A DNA stretch of 16,432 nt, taken from NCBI GenBank assembly GCA_964457525.1, contig CAYWGS010000019.1, forward strand, positions 4,609 to 21,040, read 5' to 3'. The stretch is from an uncultured Erysipelotrichaceae bacterium. GTDB taxonomy: Bacteria > Bacillota_I > Bacilli_A > Erysipelotrichales > Erysipelotrichaceae. Of the stretch, positions 13,296 to 16,432 are shown piece after piece; positions within the stretch are counted from its first letter, which is position 1, and every line of letters starts with the position of its first letter. A model generated the notes under the pieces. It did no database searches. It saw only the letters and a list, made by a program, of their open reading frames with translations, and was not told the origin of the DNA. The translations under genes and the position numbers were made by a program.

Positions 13296-15143
13296 ATGTT
13301 TTCAATACAAAAGTTTAAGTTTTTATGGATTAATGTAATATACACTCTTTCTTATTTAATCCTATCCATTCAATATATTCGTTTAGATGATTTAGCGCTT
13401 AAGCCAATCTTAATCATACTATTCTTTTTAAATGCATTTATTCTATGTTTTCCTAAAAAAACTAGAATAGGGATAATGTTTATTTTGATTGTGATCGCAT
13501 CCATCTACTTTGGAACACAAACGGTATTTTATCGTTCTTTTAATCAATATGGAATGATTACAACTGCACTATCCGTACAATCCAATATGTTTAAGTTTGC
13601 GGGGAGTGCATTAGAGTTTATACGTTGGGTGGATGTTATTTATGTGTTAGTACCATTTGTTTCATTATATCTTGCGATTAAATTACTTAAATATAAACAA
13701 GTCGAATCGAATTTTATACGTCAAGTATTACTCATTATTTTTTTTCTTGGTCTCAGTTATCATCAATACACAACATTTCATGAAGAACTAGAAGCGACGA
13801 AGAGTGAACCTGTTACATTAGTGGATGCGATTGCGACCTACTCTAACATACCGAATACGAATGTATTTGTGGCTCAGTTTGGTTTAAGTGGTTTACTTTT
13901 AAGAGAATTTGATATTCAAGTTACACCCATAGAGATTCAAAAAGAGCTTACACTTGAGGAACAAATTACGCAATTATTGAATCAAAAGAGTGAGCCAGCA
14001 CGAAGTGATTATTCTGGAATCTTTGAGGGGAAGAATCTCTTATTAATCGAAGCAGAATCCTTGAATAATTTAGCGATCGATCCAGAATTAACACCGACTT
14101 TATATCGACTCAAACACAGCGGATTGGTTGTCAGGGGATATAATTCACCGTTACTTCCAGGTTCTACATCAGATACCGAGTTTATGGCGAATACAAGCTT
14201 ATTACCAACGATTAATGGGAAGATTACATTTAATACTTATGCAAAAAATACTTATCCTTTAACGCTTGCGAAGGTGTTTACTGAGAATACCTATTTTTCT
14301 ATGGCAAGTCATAATAACTATGGGATTTATTACAATCGATCGGAGATGTTGCCGGCATTAGGTTATACCTTCTATGATGCACTCGGTTTAAATGCATATG
14401 ATAATGTACCAGATTCAGATGTTATTGATCATGTTAAATGGATAATGTATGAATATGAGAAAGTATTCTCATTTTGGGTTACCTATAATGGGCATCAACC
14501 CTATTCAGTTGATACATTAAGTGAAGATATGATGAAGTACTTAGATATTGTTACTAAGAAATATCCAGAAATGCCAGAGCCTGAAAGAATCTATTTTGCG
14601 AAGAATATGGATTTGGATCATGGGCTTGCTTCTTTGCTTAAAGACTATGAGAATAATGATTTATTGGATGATTTAGTCATTATTATTTATGGTGATCATT
14701 TCCCAAAAGGTTTATTTGAGAATAAAGAAGATTATCGTACAATGTGTGAAACCAATGAGATTGAATTTGAACATTGTTTTAATACACCATTTATCATCTG
14801 GAACAATGATTCCATCATGGGATATATCAATAAAGTATCTTCTCCACTCGATATCGCTCCAACCATCTTTGATTTATTTAACCTAAGTTATGACTATAAA
14901 ACTGCATTGGGAAATAGTGTATTTGATCCAAACTATAATGGTTTCAATTTCAATGAATTTGGTGTTATTATGACCGATGATTTTACCTATGATACAGCTC
15001 GTCAAACCATTACCCATAATTGGGAAAAACCCGAAGAAGTATATAAGCTTGAAGCTGAAGCATTATATGCTAAACTACAATTAGGATTTAAAATAGTTGA
15101 AACAGACTACTTTAATTCATTAGAGTATAAGAAAGGGCAATAG
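13296..15143 (+). CDS. LtaS-family (sulfatase-fold) phospho-alcohol transferase, GacH/LtaS-like, probably a glycerol-phosphate transferase
   Basis: 615 aa. About five N-terminal TM helices precede an extracytoplasmic domain with the LtaS catalytic set: metal Glu in LLLIEAESL, nucleophile Thr in PGSTSDTEFMANTSLLP, His in YNGHQPY, and Asp-His in IIIYGDHFP. Confidence 0.85.
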   Translation: MFSIQKFKFLWINVIYTLSYLILSIQYIRLDDLALKPILIILFFLNAFILCFPKKTRIGIMFILIVIASIYFGTQTVFYRSFNQYGMITTALSVQSNMFKFAGSALEFIRWVDVIYVLVPFVSLYLAIKLLKYKQVESNFIRQVLLIIFFLGLSYHQYTTFHEELEATKSEPVTLVDAIATYSNIPNTNVFVAQFGLSGLLLREFDIQVTPIEIQKELTLEEQITQLLNQKSEPARSDYSGIFEGKNLLLIEAESLNNLAIDPELTPTLYRLKHSGLVVRGYNSPLLPGSTSDTEFMANTSLLPTINGKITFNTYAKNTYPLTLAKVFTENTYFSMASHNNYGIYYNRSEMLPALGYTFYDALGLNAYDNVPDSDVIDHVKWIMYEYEKVFSFWVTYNGHQPYSVDTLSEDMMKYLDIVTKKYPEMPEPERIYFAKNMDLDHGLASLLKDYENNDLLDDLVIIIYGDHFPKGLFENKEDYRTMCETNEIEFEHCFNTPFIIWNNDSIMGYINKVSSPLDIAPTIFDLFNLSYDYKTALGNSVFDPNYNGFNFNEFGVIMTDDFTYDTARQTITHNWEKPEEVYKLEAEALYAKLQLGFKIVETDYFNSLEYKKGQ

Positions 15144-15146
15144 ATT

Positions 15147-16130
15147 ATGCGACCTAAGATCAATGTGATTGTGCCTATTTATAATGCAGAGAAACACTTA
15201 AGACAAACCCTTGAATCGTTAGTACATCAAACCATCGATTCTTTTGAACTCATCTTGGTAAATGATGGGTCAAACGATTCATCTCAAACCATAATTGATG
15301 AATATAAGGCAAAGTATCCTAGTCTTATTCGTTCTTATATCAAAGAGAACGGTGGAATAGCGGATGCACGTAATTTTGGATTATCCAAGGTTGAGAGTGA
15401 ATATTTTGGCTTTGTGGATAGTGATGATATTGTAGAGACTAATATGTTTGAATCACTCTATAAACAAGCTAAATTAGATGATTCAGATGTGGTATTCTCT
15501 AATTTCTATTGGACCTACCCTGATAAAGAAACTGAATCAAAAGATGGTCCATATACCAATAACAAAGACATCCTAACAAGAATGTTTGCGACGCTTTGGA
15601 ATAAGATCTATCGTACGGATTTCATTCGTTCATTGGATATTCATTTCCCTACAGGATATCGTTATGAAGACGCATCATTCTTATATAAAATAAGCCCATA
15701 TATTAGTAAATGGTCTTATGTAGATCAAGCCTTTGTCCATTATAGACAAACAACTGGATCCATTACACATAATCATAATGATCGCGTAAAAGATATGATT
15801 TTTGTATTCAAAGATTTATTAGACTTCTATCAAGGAAAAAATCTTTTTGATGCATATAAAATAGAGTTAGAATATTTATTTATTCGCTTCTTCTTAGGTA
15901 ATTCATTCTTACGTACATGCCAAATAAAAGACCCTAAAGATCGTAAGAAAACACTGGATTTAAGTTATCGTATACTCAATGATAACTTCCCAAATTGGAA
16001 GGGGAATACATATCTTAATCAGGGTGGATTAAAGAATAAGTATTATAAAACAGTGAATAAGATGACTTATTCGATTTATGCTTTTATCTTTACGTTAATC
16101 TATCGATTCAAAAAAGAGAAACTAGCATAG
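15147..16130 (+). CDS. GT2-family glycosyltransferase (paralogue of 6329-7315)
   Basis: 327 aa. ATG is 3 nt after the upstream TAG, with AAAGGG at 15132-15137. Motifs VIVPIYNAEKHLRQTLESLVHQT, VNDGSND, GFVDSDD, RYED and NFPNWKGNTYL. Confidence 0.85.
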   Translation: MRPKINVIVPIYNAEKHLRQTLESLVHQTIDSFELILVNDGSNDSSQTIIDEYKAKYPSLIRSYIKENGGIADARNFGLSKVESEYFGFVDSDDIVETNMFESLYKQAKLDDSDVVFSNFYWTYPDKETESKDGPYTNNKDILTRMFATLWNKIYRTDFIRSLDIHFPTGYRYEDASFLYKISPYISKWSYVDQAFVHYRQTTGSITHNHNDRVKDMIFVFKDLLDFYQGKNLFDAYKIELEYLFIRFFLGNSFLRTCQIKDPKDRKKTLDLSYRILNDNFPNWKGNTYLNQGGLKNKYYKTVNKMTYSIYAFIFTLIYRFKKEKLA

Positions 16131-16140
16131 TTTCTCTTTT
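16112..16140. terminator. Rho-independent, probably bidirectional, hairpin terminator overlapping the last GT2 stop codon
   Basis: Perfect 13-bp inverted repeat AAAAGAGAAACTA / TAGTTTCTCTTTT with a 3-nt loop GCA. The core stem is GAGAAACTA/TAGTTTCTC, flanked by an A-tract on the left and a T-tract on the right. The stem is AT-rich, with only 3 G:C pairs. Confidence 0.65.
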
Positions 16141-16238
16141 ACTGATTTGTATTTTGAGTGCTTTATAACAACTTTAATATACTGTTATACTTACTAAAGA
16201 CAAGTGTTCTAATAGCGCTAGAAACGTCTCTAAATCAG

Positions 16239-16432
16239 TTATAAGCTTAATCTTTTTAAATCTAATATTTCGAAACCATATTCAAGTAAAGATTGTTTAA
16301 GTTTATCTATTCTTATCTTCCTCAATTCACAACCAGCTCTAAGTGTCATGAATCGTCCTGCTGTTTTTAACATCCCTGGAGCTTTGATTTGAGTGAATCC
16401 TAAATCATTTAAGATATCAATGAGTTCAGGAT
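16239..16432 (-). CDS. 3' end of a convergent gene of unknown function (5' end beyond the window)
   Basis: My own translation of the minus strand from the window edge gives an open frame: PELIDILNDLGFTQIKAPGMLKTAGRFMTLRAGCELRKIRIDKLKQSLLEYGFEILDLKRLSL, then TAA (plus 16239-16241). It is absent from the ORF track, probably because it is short and truncated. I recognised no family. Confidence 0.45.
   Translation of the reverse strand, partial: PELIDILNDLGFTQIKAPGMLKTAGRFMTLRAGCELRKIRIDKLKQSLLEYGFEILDLKRLSL

Noticed and set aside
14689-14886. 65-aa plus-strand ORF in an alternative frame inside the LtaS-like gene
   Set aside because: It overlaps the conserved YGDH region of the real frame. It has no RBS and the peptide has low information content.
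16141-16239. Several short inverted repeats in the terminal intergenic region: ACTGATTT/AAATCAGT at 16141-16148 and 16232-16239, TATAACA/TGTTATA at 16164-16170 and 16183-16189, and the palindrome TAGCGCTA at 16212-16219
   Set aside because: Each is only 7-8 bp and mostly A/T, within chance expectation for ~100 bp of AT-rich DNA. They have no flanking direct repeats or coding capacity that would suggest a MITE or other mobile element. Most likely this is just the 3' UTR of the convergent gene.
1-16432. Search for tRNA/rRNA genes, CRISPR arrays, IS elements, integrases, toxin-antitoxin or phage-defence genes
   Set aside because: The intergenic regions are short (34-138 nt) and show no cloverleaf-like or repeat-spacer structure. 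All substantial ORFs are accounted for by glycan-biosynthesis or membrane proteins.

Overview
This is a visibly AT-rich window (G+C not computed) from a Gram-positive-type genome. It has Bacillota-like AGGAG/GGAGG ribosome-binding sites, TGnTATAAT-type extended -10 boxes, and normal use of TAA/TAG/TGA stops. Nearly all of it is one cell-envelope glycopolymer biosynthesis and decoration locus (capsule, cell-wall polysaccharide or teichoic-acid-like polymer). (i) A tightly overlapping nucleotide-amino-sugar module (DegT-type aminotransferase, GNAT acetyltransferase, FdtA/QdtA-type 3,4-ketoisomerase) is translationally coupled to an ArnC/GtrB-type membrane-anchored GT2 and to UDP-galactopyranose mutase (glf). 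(ii) Next come a Wzx-type flippase and two GT2 glycosyltransferases. (iii) An O-acetylation pair (DHHW/AlgJ-like protein plus MBOAT) has its own strong promoter, and the DHHW gene is broken by a single in-frame TGA. (iv) A divergent pair of ~505-aa polytopic membrane proteins of unassigned family look like GT-C-type extracytoplasmic transferases, or alternatively polymerases. One is on the minus strand and shares an overlapping CTAG stop with the MBOAT gene. (v) An LtaS/GacH-like phospho-alcohol transferase and a third GT2 (a paralogue of the second) follow. The locus ends at a bidirectional hairpin terminator, followed by the 3' end of a convergent unrelated gene. I saw no tRNA/rRNA, CRISPR, transposase or integrase. 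The most interesting reading is a complete undecaprenyl-phosphate-sugar-based extracytoplasmic decoration system for an unusual 3-acetamido-3,6-dideoxyhexose, combined with O-acetyl and phosphoglycerol-type decorations. All functional calls come from recognising motifs by eye in the supplied translations; no database search was run.
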